Below the pieces are notes generated by a model that saw only the letters and a program-made list of their open reading frames with translations, was not told the origin of the DNA and searched no databases. A stretch of DNA of 64,000 bases from Raja brachyura (taxonomy: Eukaryota), in contig OY740784.1 in NCBI GenBank assembly GCA_963514005.1, positions 107,384,001 to 107,448,000 on the forward strand. Reading direction: 5' to 3'. Position 1 is the stretch's first letter, and every line of letters starts with the position of its first letter. This document shows positions 24,990-39,189 of this stretch, in pieces. Made by a program: the position numbers and the translations under genes.

Positions 24990-25995
24990 GAGTTATAAAG
25001 CACGGAAACAGCCCCGTCATCCATGCCTTCCGAGGTACCTTCCTGAGATCCAGTTTGACTGATTTTAGTCCATATCCCTCTCAAAGTTTCCTATCCACAC
25101 ACTTGTCTAGTTGCCAAACCAAGCTGTGATGCATTCCAATGGAATGCTGCCTGATCTGTAGAGTTTCAGCATTTTCTCTTAATATTTCATGAATTGTTAT
25201 TTCAAAATATTTTTCAGCTGAATTCAAATGTTCAATTGCAATATTGGGATGCCACAAAAAACGCTTTGTGCTTTCTTTCCATCTTGGGCAATGTTCCTTC
25301 CCCAACAAAATTAAGCAAATAAAATTATGAAAAGATGCAGAGGGATATAGATAATTTGAAAAGTTGGCAGAGCATTGGCAGATAGAATTTAGTCCAGGCA
25401 AGTGTGAGGTAATGCGTTTTAGCAAGTCAAATACCAAGAGGACTTATTAAGTAAGTTGAGGGGACCTAAGGAGTGGTAATTTACAGTGACCTTGGGGTGC
25501 AAGTTCACAGCTCCCTAAAAATGGTTATGCAGATGGATAGAGTCATCCGAAAAGGCAGTGAACACGCTTCTCTTCAGTCTGAGGCATTGAACGTGGTATC
25601 AGCTTTCTACAGAAACCATAATCGTATTGCTCTCCATACATTTACGTAGGGCACAGTGCAGAACAGGAACAAGGGTTTCAACCCACATTGTCTGTGCCGA
25701 ACTAGTTTTCAAAATATACTAATCTCTTCTACTTGCTCATGATCCATATTTCTCAATTCACGGCATATTCGCGTGTCTATCTAACAGCCCCTTAAACACC
25801 ACTGTTGCATCTGCCTCTACCACCAGCCCCGGCAGTGCGTTTCAGGTCCTCACCATCCCGTCTGAAAAGCTTGCCCCGTGCTTCTCCTTTAAATTTTGCC
25901 CGTCTCGCCGTAATCTTTGATATTTCCACCTTGGGAAAAAGTTTCTGATTGTCCACCTTATCTATGCCTCTCATAATTTTCTATACTTCTTTCAG
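24990..25995. mobile_element. Mixed-orientation old CR1 fragments
   Basis: WQIEFSPGKCEV on + at about 25375-25420; ORF 25792-25974 MRGIDKVDNQKLFP on -. Confidence 0.65.
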
Positions 25996-26739
25996 TTCTA
26001 TCTTCTATAACTTACTTTTCTCTGAACATTTGTCTTACTACCCATAATTAAATAAATGGAATATATATTACATCAGCCGTTAACGATTTACATACACATA
26101 CATTATTATTTCATTACTATTATTGCTACTAGCTTGAAAAACACTTTAAACTGTATGGGAGAATGTGCGTAGTGCAGGGTTTCCGTAAGTGAGATCAATC
26201 ATAAATGGGGACCGCCTGTCACTGGTTTACAGCATGTCAAGGATTGGGCTTACTCACTTCCTCCAAATTTTCAACCTCTGGTTAGATCTTAGGAACACCT
26301 CTGCCTCCATGTTGCCTGAAAAAACGCAGACACTGAGCAAACAGTGTACACTTGTTTCAAAATCTATACAAGTGCAGCAGTCTGAAATTCTTAAATTCAG
26401 CTTCTAAGAGCTCGGCTTTGATCATTCTTTTAATCGGATGAAGTATGATCTGCCCCTTAGTGTATCTTGTTTGCACAGCTTTAAATCACTTGGTGAACGA
26501 GTCTGGACACTGGCCAGCGATCCAAAGCTGGTCATTATAAGTAAAAATAATAAATCCAAGGTCCAAAACCCACAAAATCAAGATAATTTGTTGCCTCAAA
26601 TAATAAGGGTCTTGAAACAGCAACGGAAAAATGCAGCAAGCGCAAGTAGAAAAGTGTGCCGCAGTCAATTCAAACACTGATTAGTCGATCTCCCACAGTG
26701 CAAAAGGAAAATAATTTTCATCCTCCTCTACTTCATTAG

Positions 26740-26930
26740 ACAAACTGCTAAAGGAACTCAGCAGGTTTGGCAGCAACTGTGGAGGGAAATGGACAGACAA
26801 CATTTTGGGTCGGGATCCTTCTTCAGACTAATGGAGTGGAGGAGAGATAGCCGAGGTGAGGAGAAGTATAGGGGAGGGGCAGTTTGTCAAATGATAGGTG
26901 GATCCAGGTGAGGAGCAGTTGATCGGCAGT
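26740..26930 (-). mobile_element. Penelope 3' region
   Basis: ggaactcagcagg..cattttgggtcgggatccttcttcagact..gataggtggatccagg. Confidence 0.65.
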
Positions 26931-26964
26931 CTTGCTTAGGTGACATTGAATACATCACCTCGAC

Positions 26965-27200
26965 AAGTGGGAATAAATCAGCGGAACCTTTTCAAATACA
27001 CCCATGGGATCTTTAAAGACTATGAGACAGCAGAAGACGACGCTTCATCCAAGAGACAGGAGCTTCAGCAATGTGGCACTCCAAATGCATTAATCTTGAG
27101 AGTGTTGCAGTGGACCAGAATGACAGCCTGGTGCTCATGCTGAGGTCTCTGATGTGGGACGAGAACCCACAATATTCACACTGATGTGGTGAGCAATTTA
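26965..27200 (-). mobile_element. Ancient Deu-domain SINE (SacSINE1-like)
   Basis: Reverse strand ttgtgggttctcgtcccacatcagagacc..caggctg..ggagtgccacattg..tggatgaag..aaagatcccatgg resembles the recalled SacSINE1/DeuSINE consensus. Confidence 0.55.
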
Positions 27201-27389
27201 TTATTGACACTACCGTCACTAGCCAATTAAAGGTATTTGACATGCCTCAAGTGGGAAATAAAGGAGACAGTGGGAGTACAGGAAGATGAACACATCAGAA
27301 AATAGAAACTAGGGCTATCATCTAAATTAAGTCAAGGTGGTGTCTGGGAGAACTGGGTAATGTGTGATGGAGAACTGGGTAATGTGTGA

Positions 27390-27674
27390 TGTGATGCTGG
27401 AATCCCGAGCTCAAAGCAAACTGCTGGAAGAACTCGGCAGGGCAGGCAGCATCTGTGGAGGGAATAAAGGAAGTGGAGCAAAGGAATTGAAGAGTAAAGA
27501 AAGGGGAGTAATGGAATTGAAAGCAGGGCTGTCAGCAGGGACGGAATGCACAGACAACATTTCAGGTTAGCACCTTTCTTCACACCGAAACATCTGACCC
27601 AAAACGTCATCTGTCCATTCCTCCCACAGATGCTGCCTGACTCGGAGTTTCTCCAGCACTTTGTTTTCTGCCCA
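27390..27674. mobile_element. Penelope-derived fold-back element with 12-bp TSD
   Basis: GGTAATGTGTGA at 27378-27389 and 27675-27686; arms ggcagcatctgtggagg and cctcccacagatgctgcc. Confidence 0.75.
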
Positions 27675-28154
27675 GGTAATGTGTGAACAAGAGAACCAAA
27701 ATGAAAAGTATGGGGAGCATTTTACTAACACCATATCAACTGCATTTTTCCAAATTATGTTAAAGGCCATTCTGCCCATCATGTATCTGCCAGCTCACAG
27801 AACAATTCCAGTCCCCGCTAACATATTCTAACATGCCAATCAGATTTTATCATTCATCCACACAAGGGACAACTTGCAGCTACCAATTAACCTCAGCATT
27901 TGCACACGTTCGGGACATGGGAGGAAACCAGGGTAGCTAAGTGTTTACAAGGGGAATATGCAAAATCCACACAGAGGTTCAAGAGGCTTCTGATGCTGGG
28001 ATCCTGAAGCAACAAACGTTCTGCTGGAGGAACTCAGCTGTTTGAGCAGCACCTGTGCGAGGAGTGGCTGAGGTTTGGGGTTGAAGCCCGTATTCAACCA
28101 GGTTGCAGGAACAATGGGTCAGCACCTTGACCAGCACCACCAGTGTGTTATCCA

Positions 28155-28615
28155 CCATTATACAAACCAACCACCCTTCCATTGATTCAATTACACCGCA
28201 CACTGCCTCAGCAAGGCCACCAGCATAATCAAGGACACGTTGCACCCTGGCCACTTGCTCTTCTCCCCTCTCCCATTGGGCAAAAGGTATAAGTGTGAAG
28301 ATGCAGATTCAGGGACAGTTTCCCGTCAGCTGTTCTCAGGCAACTGAACCATCCTATCACACAAGTAGAGCGCAGTCCAGTGCGCTTCAATCTATCTCAC
28401 TTGGAGACCCCTAGACTATCTGTGATCGTACTTTACTGGACTTTATCTTGCACTAAACGTCATTCACGTTATTTCCTTTATGATGTATCTGTACACTGTG
28501 GATGGCTCGATTGTAATCATGTATTGTCTTTCCACTGACTGATTAACAGACTACTAAAGCTTTTCACTGTACCCTTTCACTGGTACACATGACAATAAAC
28601 TAAACTCAAACTCAT
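28155..28615 (+). mobile_element. Rex1-like LINE 3' end
   Basis: CLSKATSIIKDTLHPGHLLFSPLPLGKRY; tail gacaataaactaaactcaaact. Confidence 0.8.
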
Positions 28616-28784
28616 TTCCAATGTGGTAAACTGTGGTATTATTCAGAGAAAAATAATGTTATTTCACGAGTGACATGTCAAATGCATTTTATTAACATTT
28701 TCATTTGAAGGCCTTTGTCTTTCCCAGATGATTGGGCTTGGAGCCAGTATTTACCTCTGGAGCACAAGATTCTGATTAAAATCT

Positions 28785-29620
28785 GATTTAATTCCCTTGT
28801 CTAAATCGTTAATATATATTGTAAATAACTGGGATCCCAGCACCGAGCCTTGCGGCACTCCACTAGTCGCTGCCTGCCATTCTGAAAACGACCCATTCAT
28901 TCCTACTCTTTGCTTCCTGTCTGCCAACCAGTTCCCTGTCCATGTCAATACCCTACCCCCAATACCATATGCTCTAATTTTGCACACTAATCTCTTGTGT
29001 GGGACCTTGTTAAAGGCTTTTTGAAAGTCCAGATACACTTTCTCCCTTATCCATTCTACTTGTTACATCCTCAAAAAATTCCAGAAGATTAGTCAAGCAC
29101 GATTTCCCCTTCACAAATCCATGCTGACTTTAACCAATCCTGTCACTGCTTTCCAAATGTGCTGCTATTACATCTTTAATAATTGACTCGAGCATCTTCC
29201 CCATTACCGATGTCAGGCTAACTGGTCTATAATTCGCTGTGTTCTCTCTCCCTCCTTTCTTAAAAAGTGGGGTTACATTGGCTACCCTCCAATCCACAGG
29301 AACTGATCCAGAATCTATAGAACATTGGAAAATGATCACTGCATCCACGATTTCTAGGGCCACCTCCTAGAGTGCTCTGGGATGCAGACAATCAGACCCC
29401 GGGGATTTATCTGCCTTCAGACCCAACAATTTACCTAACACCATTTCCTGACTATTGTGGATTTCCTTCAGTTCCTCCCCCCTCCTCAACCCGCTAGTAT
29501 TTCTGGGAGATTAATTGTTTCTTCCTTAGTGAAGACAGAACCAAAGTACTTGTTTAACTGGTCTGCCATTTCCTTGTTTCCCCATTAGAAATTCACCTGT
29601 TTCTGACTATAAGGGACTAT
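28785..29620 (-). mobile_element. CR1 RT fragment
   Basis: ORFs 28751-29038 [23 protein letters not shown] and 29130-29363 VPVDWRVANVTPLFKKG..NYRPVSLTS. Confidence 0.93.
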
Positions 29621-29680
29621 ATGTCCTGTTCAGTTGAAACCAGGCGGACATTTCGATAATGTCTTTAAATGGAGTTAAAT

Positions 29681-29712
<32 letters not shown>

Positions 29713-30360
29713 GTGCAGCTCACCCATTTCTATCAGTAACCACCACCCATACTGCAGATGGTCATTACTCTTTGTGCAAATTTGCCATGTAATACTGACT
29801 GTTGTCTGCAATAAAAAGTGTGCAATAATTCTGTGGCATAATTCCTTCATCCTTCTATGATCCGAACCCCAAAAAATTCGATGCAGACATCGTTTCAAAA
29901 TTGCCGCAAACTCAATGAATGAAACCCCCAGCGAGCAGCACTTGCCATCGCATTGCAGCTGCTTCTGTCAGGCAGAAAGCCTGTTAATTAATGGTTGCTA
30001 CGTTTTACTGCCAATCTAGTGCAGCCTCAGCAACAACACTCCCTCCTGTAATGAAGAATAAAGCAACCCTAGAAAATTGGATTTCAAAACAGAGCAGGAT
30101 TGCAGTTAAAGATTTTTTTTTTTCCCCAACAACAAGCACCATACATCTCCAGAGATGACAAGTTTGTGTCATGTTGCACCTTGTGCAGATTACAGGGTTC
30201 AACAACACTGGCATCAAAAGTACAGTCTTGTCATTCAGGGAAACGATGTTGCGTATCAGTAACAAAACTATCCAAGTGAAATAAATCCACCATCTGCTGA
30301 CCTAGTGCTAGAACACAGATTCATAGAAATTTACAGTATAATAAACAGGCACTTTTTTAA

Positions 30361-30630
30361 AGTTTAGTTTAGAGATACAGCGCGGAAACAGACTCTTCAG
30401 CCCACGCAGTCCGCGCCGACCAGAGATCCCCGCACATTGACACTGTCCTACACAAACTAAGGACAATTTACACTGATACCAAGCCAATTGACCAACATAC
30501 CTGTGTGTCTTTGGAGTGTGGGAGGAAACCGAAGATCTCGGAGAAAACCCACGCAGATCACGGGGAGAACGTACAAACTCCGTACAGACAGCACCAGTAG
30601 TCGGGATCGAACCTGGGTCTCCGCTGCTGC
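30361..30630 (-). mobile_element. HE1-like V-SINE (5'-clipped)
   Basis: B-box (gatcgaacc on +), central V-like domain, (CTAAA)n tail. Confidence 0.88.
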
Positions 30631-30709
30631 ACCTCGGCGCAACTTTTACATGACGATCAAGCTGGCATATTGGGCTGCATTTGGCCAATAGCCCTCTCCA
30701 TATTTGTTT

Positions 30710-31390
30710 AGAATAGGAACAGCCCTTCGGCCCACAATACCCGTGCCGAACATGATACCAAGCTAACTAATCTCATCTGTCTGCACACTATCCACATCCG
30801 TCCATATCCATGTGCCTATCTAAAAGAGCCTTAAACGGCATACCTTCACCACCACCCTTGACAGCACATTCCAGGCACCAACCACCCTCTGAGTAAAATA
30901 TCTTGCCCCGCATATCTCCTTTAACCTTCAACCCTTCCATCTATGCCCTATAGCCTTTGATATTTTCACTCGGGGATATGACCGTCCACCCTATCTCTAC
31001 CTCTCAAAATTTTATATCAGGTCTCCCCTCAGCCTCCAGCTTTCCATAGAAAACAATCTAGGTCTGACCAACTACCCGTTATAACTGATAACATGCAATC
31101 CGGAAATTAGTCTGAAGGTCCCGAGCCAAAACGTTCTCCAGAGATGCTATCTGCCCTGCTGAGTTACTCCAGCACTTTGTTTCTTCTTTTTCTCATTCCG
31201 GTAAACCTCTTAGCCAAAGTGTCATACAGCACAGAAACAGGCTCTTCGGCCCTACTTGCCCATGTTGACCAAGATACCCCTTCAACTTGTCGCACATGCC
31301 TGCATTTGGCCATTATACCTCGAAACCTTTCCTATCCATGCACTCTTCTGCACCCACTCCAGAGCCTTCACGTCCTTTCTGTAATGAGGT
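30710..31390 (-). mobile_element. Reverse CR1 tails with a Penelope arm (about 31110-31185)
   Basis: ggaacagcccttcggccc..; tagtctgaaggtcccgagccaaaacg..gagttactccagcactttg. Confidence 0.65.
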
Positions 31391-32267
31391 GACCAGAATG
31401 AAACTAAAAGGCATCTGCCAAGAAGCTGGTATGAAGATGGCAGGTTAAATAATTGCCTCCTGCAGTGCCACAATTGTATGATCTGTGTGGGCTGTGATTT
31501 ACCAAGCAACATCTCCCATGGCACAGCTATCCTGCAGACATCCTGTGTTATACTTGACCTTGTAATATATGATATTCGGATCTTCGTGTGTGTCACAGGC
31601 ATACCAACATTTGCATCATCTTCTTCAACCAATTAGAGCCACTCATTTTATTAGGCGATGGCAATCTTTTATTAGGATGTGACATTGCTGAGTATATGAA
31701 GTTTATATTTAATTAAACAATTTAATGAACTAATTAAATAGCACAATTTATATCCACAAATGCAGTCCCTCAAACTGCAGATCTCTGAATGAGTTCCACA
31801 CGCAACCACTGCTCTAGGCCATTGCCAGTGCTCTGAAGCAATCACCCAAATCTCTGATCTTCATGTTTTCGACACCCAGAGCTACTCTTTCTGTTGTATA
31901 ACTCAACCAACTGCATCGGCTCTGGAGTTCAGCATTCCCCAGTTGGACCACTGGCAGTAAAGGAAAGATTTACATGCCCATGTAGCGGCTTCACCAGCCA
32001 CAAACAAATTGATCACCAGGAACTGAAATAAATCTGCAAAGCATGGAAACAGGCCCTTCAGCCCACCGAGTCCACACCGACCATTGATCAGCGGCAGTTA
32101 CTTTCACATCGCCTCTGGAGTCCAGCTCTTTTGCTCATGTTTATGAGACATTACGACAATTGAGACATTTGATCCGATATAGGTATAGGAAGTGTTTGGA
32201 GGCTGTGGGCCAAAATGGAATTAAACACAGGAACCTGTTTGGTGTTGTTCAGCTCTATGACACATCT

Positions 32268-32715
32268 GTTATGAGGTCAGGATCTGAGCGACTTTGGCTG
32301 GACCCATCTGAGCTTCTGTGAGCAGGATGTTGCTACGCAGGTGTTGCTTGACAGCACCATCGATTACCCCTTCCACCACGTTGCTGATGGTCGCATGTAG
32401 ACTAATGGCGTGGTAGCTAGCCAGACTGGATTTATCTTGCTTCTTATCGCCAGAATATACCTGGGCAATTGTCCACATTGTTAGGTAGATGCCAGTGTGG
32501 CAGCTGTACTGTAACAGCCTGACCAGGAGGGTGACAGGTTCTGGAGCTCAGGTCTTTAGTACTAGTGCTGAAATGTTGTCAGAGCCCACAGCCTTTGCTG
32601 CATTCAACACCTTTAGCTGTATCAAGGTATGGAGTGAATTGATTTGGCTGGTTCATCATCTATCATGCTGGGGATCACTGGAGGAGGTCGAATGGATCAT
32701 TCACTCGGCATTTCC
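32268..32715 (-). mobile_element. Older CR1/L2-group LINE RT fragment
   Basis: ORF 32269-32478 KKQDKS..YHAISL..ISNVVEGVID..LLTEAQ, a decayed NYRPISLL..LLTDAQFGF. Confidence 0.75.
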
Positions 32716-35221
32716 GAGGTTACAAAAAGATTTAGATTAACTGGGAAAGCGGGCAAAGGAATGGCAGATTTAATTCAACCCAGACAAGCGCAAAGTGATG
32801 CATTTCGAGGGCAGGACGTGTACAGTAAATAACATGCCCCTGGGAAGGGTTGTAGAACGGAGAAGCCAAGGGAGTTCGTTGTTCCCCAAATGTGGTGGCA
32901 CAGGAAGACTAGGTAGTGGAGGCAATGAATAGCACGCTTACCTTCATTGTATCAAGAACTAAAGGGCCCAGGTTCAAGGTGCGAGGGGAAAGATTTAAAG
33001 GTGACCTAAGCAGCAAGTTTTTTCACACAGAGAATAATGGGTTTATGGAATGAGGAAGTAATTGAGGCAGGTACAAATACAATATTTAAACAACATTCAG
33101 AGATGTTCATGGATAGGAAAGGTTTGAAGGAATATGGGCAAAGTTCGATTATATCTTAATTGGTCTGCAATCTTTGGGATATTGGCCTTGCCACCCGCAC
33201 CATCAGTGAATAAAATGTCAGCACAGCTATGCGGTTAGAATTGACTATGGGCCAAAGGTTGCATTGCATTCCTGTCCATTGGCTGGAGCCTTAGATCCAG
33301 TTCAACACTCTATTCCCAGACTGAGGACACGTTGCTCATTAGGTGTATCCTATCTCGATGAGGAAGTAAACCAACATAAAAAGTTCAATGGCACCACACA
33401 AAGATATTGAGAACTCTCCAGAACTCTTGGATTATATTCATCTTCATCCAACGGCACCAAAAGTAACCCATTTGATACTTGGTTCGTGACTGTTTCTTGC
33501 TGTGTGTCCTTTTGTGACACTTCAAAAATAGCCAATGCACTGTAAAGCACTGTAGCATATCCAGAGACTGTGGAACGGCTTTTTAAACGTTATCTCTTCT
33601 TTACCTATAGATCCAAAAACTATTGTATTTATTGAGAAACTATCTACCCAAATGAGGCCACCATCAACATTTCTATCAATCCCAGACAGAACCCCACTTT
33701 CATAGATTGGGGTTCTGTCTGTGCATCCCGGGATTTCAAATCCTGATTATATATTGTCCCGTTTTACTATCCTTGGATCCACTTGGGTGGAGGGGGGGGT
33801 GCAGAGTCCAGCCATGTAACACTGGAAGCATTAGCGAATATAGTATATTACTCCAGAGCCCGCTCCTGTGCTGCCTGAATCCTGTTTGCTTTGATGGATT
33901 GAATTTGATGTCTTGTGATGGCAAATTGGTGAAGATCAATAGCCAGTGAAAATGGGAGTTGGGAGCCAGCTTCTTGAACATTTTTATATTTTAGCTTGCT
34001 ATGAAACTGAAATGAACAATGCTGCATCCACAGAGGGGCTGAGTACTTGTCTGTCACTGCATTGTCAGGGCCCGAGGCATAGCTCCGTTATGTTTTTACA
34101 TCTGCAGGCAGTCAGCCCCCTCATCCCTTGTGATTAATGAGGATTTAGTGTACGCAAAGAGACTTTGTTACTAATCCCTGCGTTTTCCCAGCCAGCTCAC
34201 ACATTGACAGAACGGCCATGTTGATAATCAGTCATCCTCCAAGAGGTACTCGGGACAACCCTAGTATTTACCCAGCCTGCAGAGGAGGCAGCTTGACTTT
34301 GTGAGGTCAATCAAGATCTACTTCCCTGAATTAAACATTGACACAAAGCATGTTGAGAATAATGTAGACTGAATGACATGATACAGCATCATACATCTTG
34401 AGTTCAAATGCTATGATTACCAGAATTCAATAATTTACTCATCTGAATCAGCAACAGGAAAAATATAGGCAGGCTAATAATTCTAGCTGGATCACAATGT
34501 TCTTTAAGGAATGTACCATGTCTTCCAACGTAGGACTCCAGTTCTATGCTTGACCATTGACTGCTACTGCCCCCCAGGGCAATGAGAAATGAATGCCTTC
34601 TCACACAAACCACGTCGAGACCATCCTTTAAAATCAACTCCAGGTGCAGCAGAATTCAATTAATGCTTCTTCTGCAAAATCTATTGATAGATTAAATCAT
34701 AATAACTTTAAGTGTTTGCTTTTTATTAACTAATTAGCAATAGGTCAGATATAAAGGAATTAAGACAATATACAAATGGCAGATTGGATTGCATGAAAGA
34801 CTGAAGTGATTTTTCTCCTTGAAGCTAATTAGGTGACTCTCGGGTGGAGTCTCATCTAAACAGACATCTAACCCATCGGCTTACTCTGGAACCCGGTCCC
34901 TGCACATTTAGGCTATGCCTAAAGAAAGCTGCTATTCATTGTGACTTCCCATTGACAACCATCAAAATCTGAGGATTGTGGATTTGATGACAGTTCCACC
35001 AAGATAGACAGTGGTTCTAACCCCAGCTAAAATGATAGGATAGTTCAAAGAATATATATCAATTTCACAAGAAATTATTTAACATATCTATATCCCAATT
35101 TTAATCATAGCCTCCACCAATCATAGATATGCCCTTTGTCCTAGTCATCCCTCCCTCAGCAACTTAAAACTAACTTGTTTCCTTCCTTCCCCATGTTCTG
35201 ATGAAGGGCTTTGATCTGACA

Positions 35222-35833
35222 TGTTGAGTACAAGAGCAGGGAGGTTGTACTGCAGTTGTACAGGGTTTTGGTGAGGCCACACCTGGAGTATTGCGTACAG
35301 TTTCCAAATCTGAGAAAAGACATTCTTGCCATAGAGGGGGTACAGAGAAGGTTCACCAGACTGATTCCTGGGATGTCAGGACTTTCATATGAGGAAAGAC
35401 TGGATAGACTTGGCTTGTACTCGTTAGAATTTAGAAGACTGAGGGGGGATCTTATAGAAACTTACAAAATTCTTAAGGGGTTAGATAAACTAAATGCAGG
35501 AAAATTGTTCCCGATGTTGGGGAGGTCCAGAACAAGGGGTCACAGTCTAAGGATAAGGGGGAATTCCTTTAGCATCGAGATGAGGAAAACATTTTTCACA
35601 CAGAGAGTGGTGTGTCTCTGGAATTATCTGCCACAGAGGTAGTTGAGGCCAGTTCATTGGCTATATTTAAGAGGGCGTTAGATGTGGCCCTTGTGGCTAA
35701 AGAGATCAGGGGGTATGGAGAGAAGGCAGGGACAGGATACCGCGTTGGATGATCAGCCATGATCATATTGAATGGCGGTGCAGGCTCAAAGGGCCGAATG
35801 GCCTACTCCTGCACCTATTTTCTATGTTTCTAT
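35222..35833 (+). mobile_element. CR1 3' end
   Basis: ORF 35256-35642 YRVLVRPHLEYCVQF..VQRRFTRLIPG..TRGHSL; (TTCTATGT)n tail. Confidence 0.93.
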
Positions 35834-36444
35834 AGCGAGGACAGGTTTTCCTGTCCACAGACTTAACATTGACCATTTTGAGTACTTTCAGCTTTTATTT
35901 CAGATTTACATTATCCACCCCCCCCCCCCAATTCATTTCCCTCTATTCCATATCAAGGAGATCATTTGATGTTAACCTTCCCTCTTTCCACTTTGGATGT
36001 TTTGATGTTCAGATTGAACTGCTATTTACAGTCGAATTTGTAATTATCCTAGTAAAGTTGACCAGAACCCAATTATTGTTTTTATTTCTGGTCTTTTTCA
36101 TTTTTCACAATTATGTAAATTCTAATGATGTCCAGTGCCACCAAGATACTTGGCAGATGATATAATGACATTGGGAATAATCTGTGAGAATTTAAGGCAA
36201 CTGATATAGGTAATGATACCTTATGTACAGAGATCAACTAAATGAGGTCACATTAACAAGGAGTAAAATCGACAGGTTTCAAATAGTCTCAATTTCAGTA
36301 AACATAGCTGATATTGACAATGATTACTGTGAATCTGCCAAATTTTCCAAAAGCTTCTCCAATTCTTAATGCATTTCGGACAAGGAAATTCTGTTTTCCT
36401 GTTAAAGTCTTGTCTGCAAATCGCTCAAGTCATACTTGAATATG

Positions 36445-36627
36445 GGGCACACAAAAGGCTGGAGAAACTCAGCGGGTGCAGCAGCATCTAAGGAGCGAAG
36501 GAGATAGGCAACGTTTCGGGCCGAAACCCTTCCTTCGCTCCTTAGATGCTGCTGCACCCGCTGAGTTTCTCCAGCCTTTTGTGTACCCTCGATTTTCCAG
36601 CATCTGCAGTTCCTTCTTTAACACTTT
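36445..36627. mobile_element. Penelope-derived hairpin element with tail and TSD
   Basis: TCATACTTGAAT at 36430-36441 and 36628-36639; same arm start and similar tail to 8175-8392. Confidence 0.9.
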
Positions 36628-37721
36628 TCATACTTGAATGTGATTGACATTTAGCTGTCCTCTGAAATCGCCAAGCCAGGACAATGCAGAATCAATTAGG
36701 AAGAGCGTACCTCTTTTGCAGACCTTGGAATTTTACCCTGTAACACGACATTCTGCATTCTGATATTTTTCGCTTTGCATTAACTCTTGTACTTGTATAG
36801 TCTGATTGACTGGATAGCGTGCATGCAAAGCTTTTCACTGTAACTCAGTACACGTGACAGTAATAAATCAATAAATGCTAGTGTAGCCAACAATGTCAAA
36901 TCCTGTGAACAAATTAAAAGAAACGTACAACAAGTTGGGATGGCAAACTGTATAATTGCATTTATTGCAAATGGATACGAATTCTTGACAAAGACCAGGA
37001 GCCCTAATTATAAAGGGGCCGAGGGAGAGCATAACTAGACCTTTTTACACAGGTCTGGTCTCTCCATCTAAGGTGCTTGTATAGGGTGAATGCAACAAAG
37101 ACTCACATTAATTTCTGGATTGGCATGCTAAGTTGATGTTTTCCCTGGCCAAGTGGAGTCCATCAGTCAGAAGAATGGTCCAACCCCAAACATCACCAGC
37201 CCATGTTCTCTAGAGGTGTTGCCTGACTCGCTGAGTTACACCAGAATTGTCTTTTTGTTGGAGTCCATTATCCTCTGTCGGACTACCCATTATTCCAGAT
37301 TCATCCTGGACTGCAAAAACACTTCCCCAGCACATCCATCAACCTCTACCACCTTCTGACCCACTCTCTTCAAATGCAAAAAACGCACACAATCAAAAAG
37401 TTAGTCATGCGCTCAATTGCCTGGCTGAAGATGCATTTTCTTACGATTTGAAAATGGAATATACATTTTGCACAGGTCAGGAGCCAAAGGGTGATGGGGG
37501 GACTAAGGGAGCTGGGAAAACCCAAACACACTAGGGTGACAAGGTTACTAATAAATACGTGCCATCTAACAGCATTTCCATCAACAGCATCCATTACTTT
37601 TTTTTGGAAGATCAGGATTAGACTGACTGGGCAGTAAACTGTACAAGTTCAGGAATGCCACTGTTCTCCGCAGTCACCATCTGCCCACACAAAGGCAGGT
37701 TCAATTCACGTTGTGCCAGCA

Positions 37722-38004
37722 TTTAGTTTAGTGTTAGTTTAGAGATATAGCGTGGAAATAGGTTTTCAGCTCATCAACGATCATCTGTACACTAGTGTCA
37801 TCCCACAAACTAGGGACAATTTACAGAAGCTAATCAACCTACAATGCTGCACGTCTTTGGAATGCGAGAGGAAACTAGAGCAGCCGGAGAAAACCCACGC
37901 AGTCACAGGGAGAACGTGCAAACTCCGTACAGACAGCATCTGCATTTAGAATTGAACCTGGATCTCTAGTGCTGTAAGGCAGTAACTCTACCACTGTGCC
38001 ACCC
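37722..38004 (-). mobile_element. HE1-like V-SINE
   Basis: The reverse strand begins gggtggcacagtggtagagttactgcc; B-box ggttcaattc; (CTAAA)n tail. Confidence 0.85.
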
Positions 38005-38034
38005 TTATAATAGGAGGTAATAAACCAAAAATAG

Positions 38035-38765
38035 GTGGGGGAGAGCAGGTAGTGTAGAGAAAGCAGGGGCTCTGCAGAAGGACTTGGATAGGTTGAAGGG
38101 ATTCAAAGTAACATCAGCAAATTTGCAGATGACACCAAGCTGGGTGGCAGTGTGAACAGTGAGGATGCAGGGTGACTTGGACAGGTTGGGCTAGTGGGCA
38201 GATACAGTTGAATGTGGTAAAATGTGAGGTTATCCACTGGTAGCAAAACAGTGTGCAGTTTTGGTCCCCTAATTTGAGGAAGGACATTATTGCTATTGAG
38301 GGAGTGCAGCATTGGTTTACATGGTTAATTCCCAGCATGGCGGGACTGTCATATATTGAGAGAATGGTGCGGCTGGGTTTGTATTCTCTGGAATTTAGGA
38401 GGATGAGAGGATATCTTATTGAAACATATAAGATTATAAACGGTTTGGGCACGCTAGGGGAGTCCAGAACCAGGGGCCACAGTTTAAGAATAAGTGGTAA
38501 GCCATTTAGAATGGAGACAAGGAAACACTTTTTCTCACAAAGAGTTGCGAGTCTGTGGAATTCTCTGCCTCAGAGGGCGGTGGAGGACGGTTCTCTGGAT
38601 ACTTTCAAGAGAGAGCTAGATAGGGCTCTTAAAGATAGTGGAGTCAGGAGATATGGGGAGAAGGCAGGAACAAGGTACTGATTGGGGAAAGTCAGCCATG
38701 ATCACATTGAATGGCGGTGCTGGCTCGATGGGCTAAACGGCCTACTCCTGCACCTATTGTCTATA
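38035..38765 (+). mobile_element. CR1 3' fragment with internal deletions (TATTGTC tail)
   Basis: SKFADDTKLGG; ORF 38253-38681 QFWSPNLRKD..RLGLYSLEFRRMRG. Confidence 0.9.
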
Positions 38766-39189
38766 AACCTATCCTATCCCTGCAACTTTCCAAATGTTTT
38801 ATAAACGTGGTGATACTACCTGCACCAACTCCCTCCTCCAGCATCTCGTTCCATACACCCACTACCCTTTGTGCAAAAAAGTTGGCCCTCAGGTTCCTTC
38901 AGATGTTTCCACTCTCCACTTAAACCCATTTCCTATGGTTCTTCATTCTTGGACTCTGGGTAAAAGACTGTGCATTTACCATATATACTCTTTCATGGAA
39001 TATACCCATCATTTTTAGCAAACTTGCCATGTTAGCAAATTTGCCATTGAGCACCTTGATATTGTGAGGGCATTGAACTGGTAGTACAAGTAAACTGCTA
39101 TAATCTATTGATAATATCAAAGGAAAATGGGTAATGAGCAGTGAACCAGAGAGCACAGTCCCAAAGAGCACAGTCCCTTTGCCTAAAAA

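Noticed and set aside
29681-29711. Poly-G run as a functional G-quadruplex
   Set aside because: It is a simple homopolymer whose length is unreliable in assemblies, with no supporting context.
33350-33600. Exon-like minus-strand ORF (..VPLDEDEYNPRV..)
   Set aside because: It has in-frame stops on both sides, no convincing splice pair, and no recognised protein.
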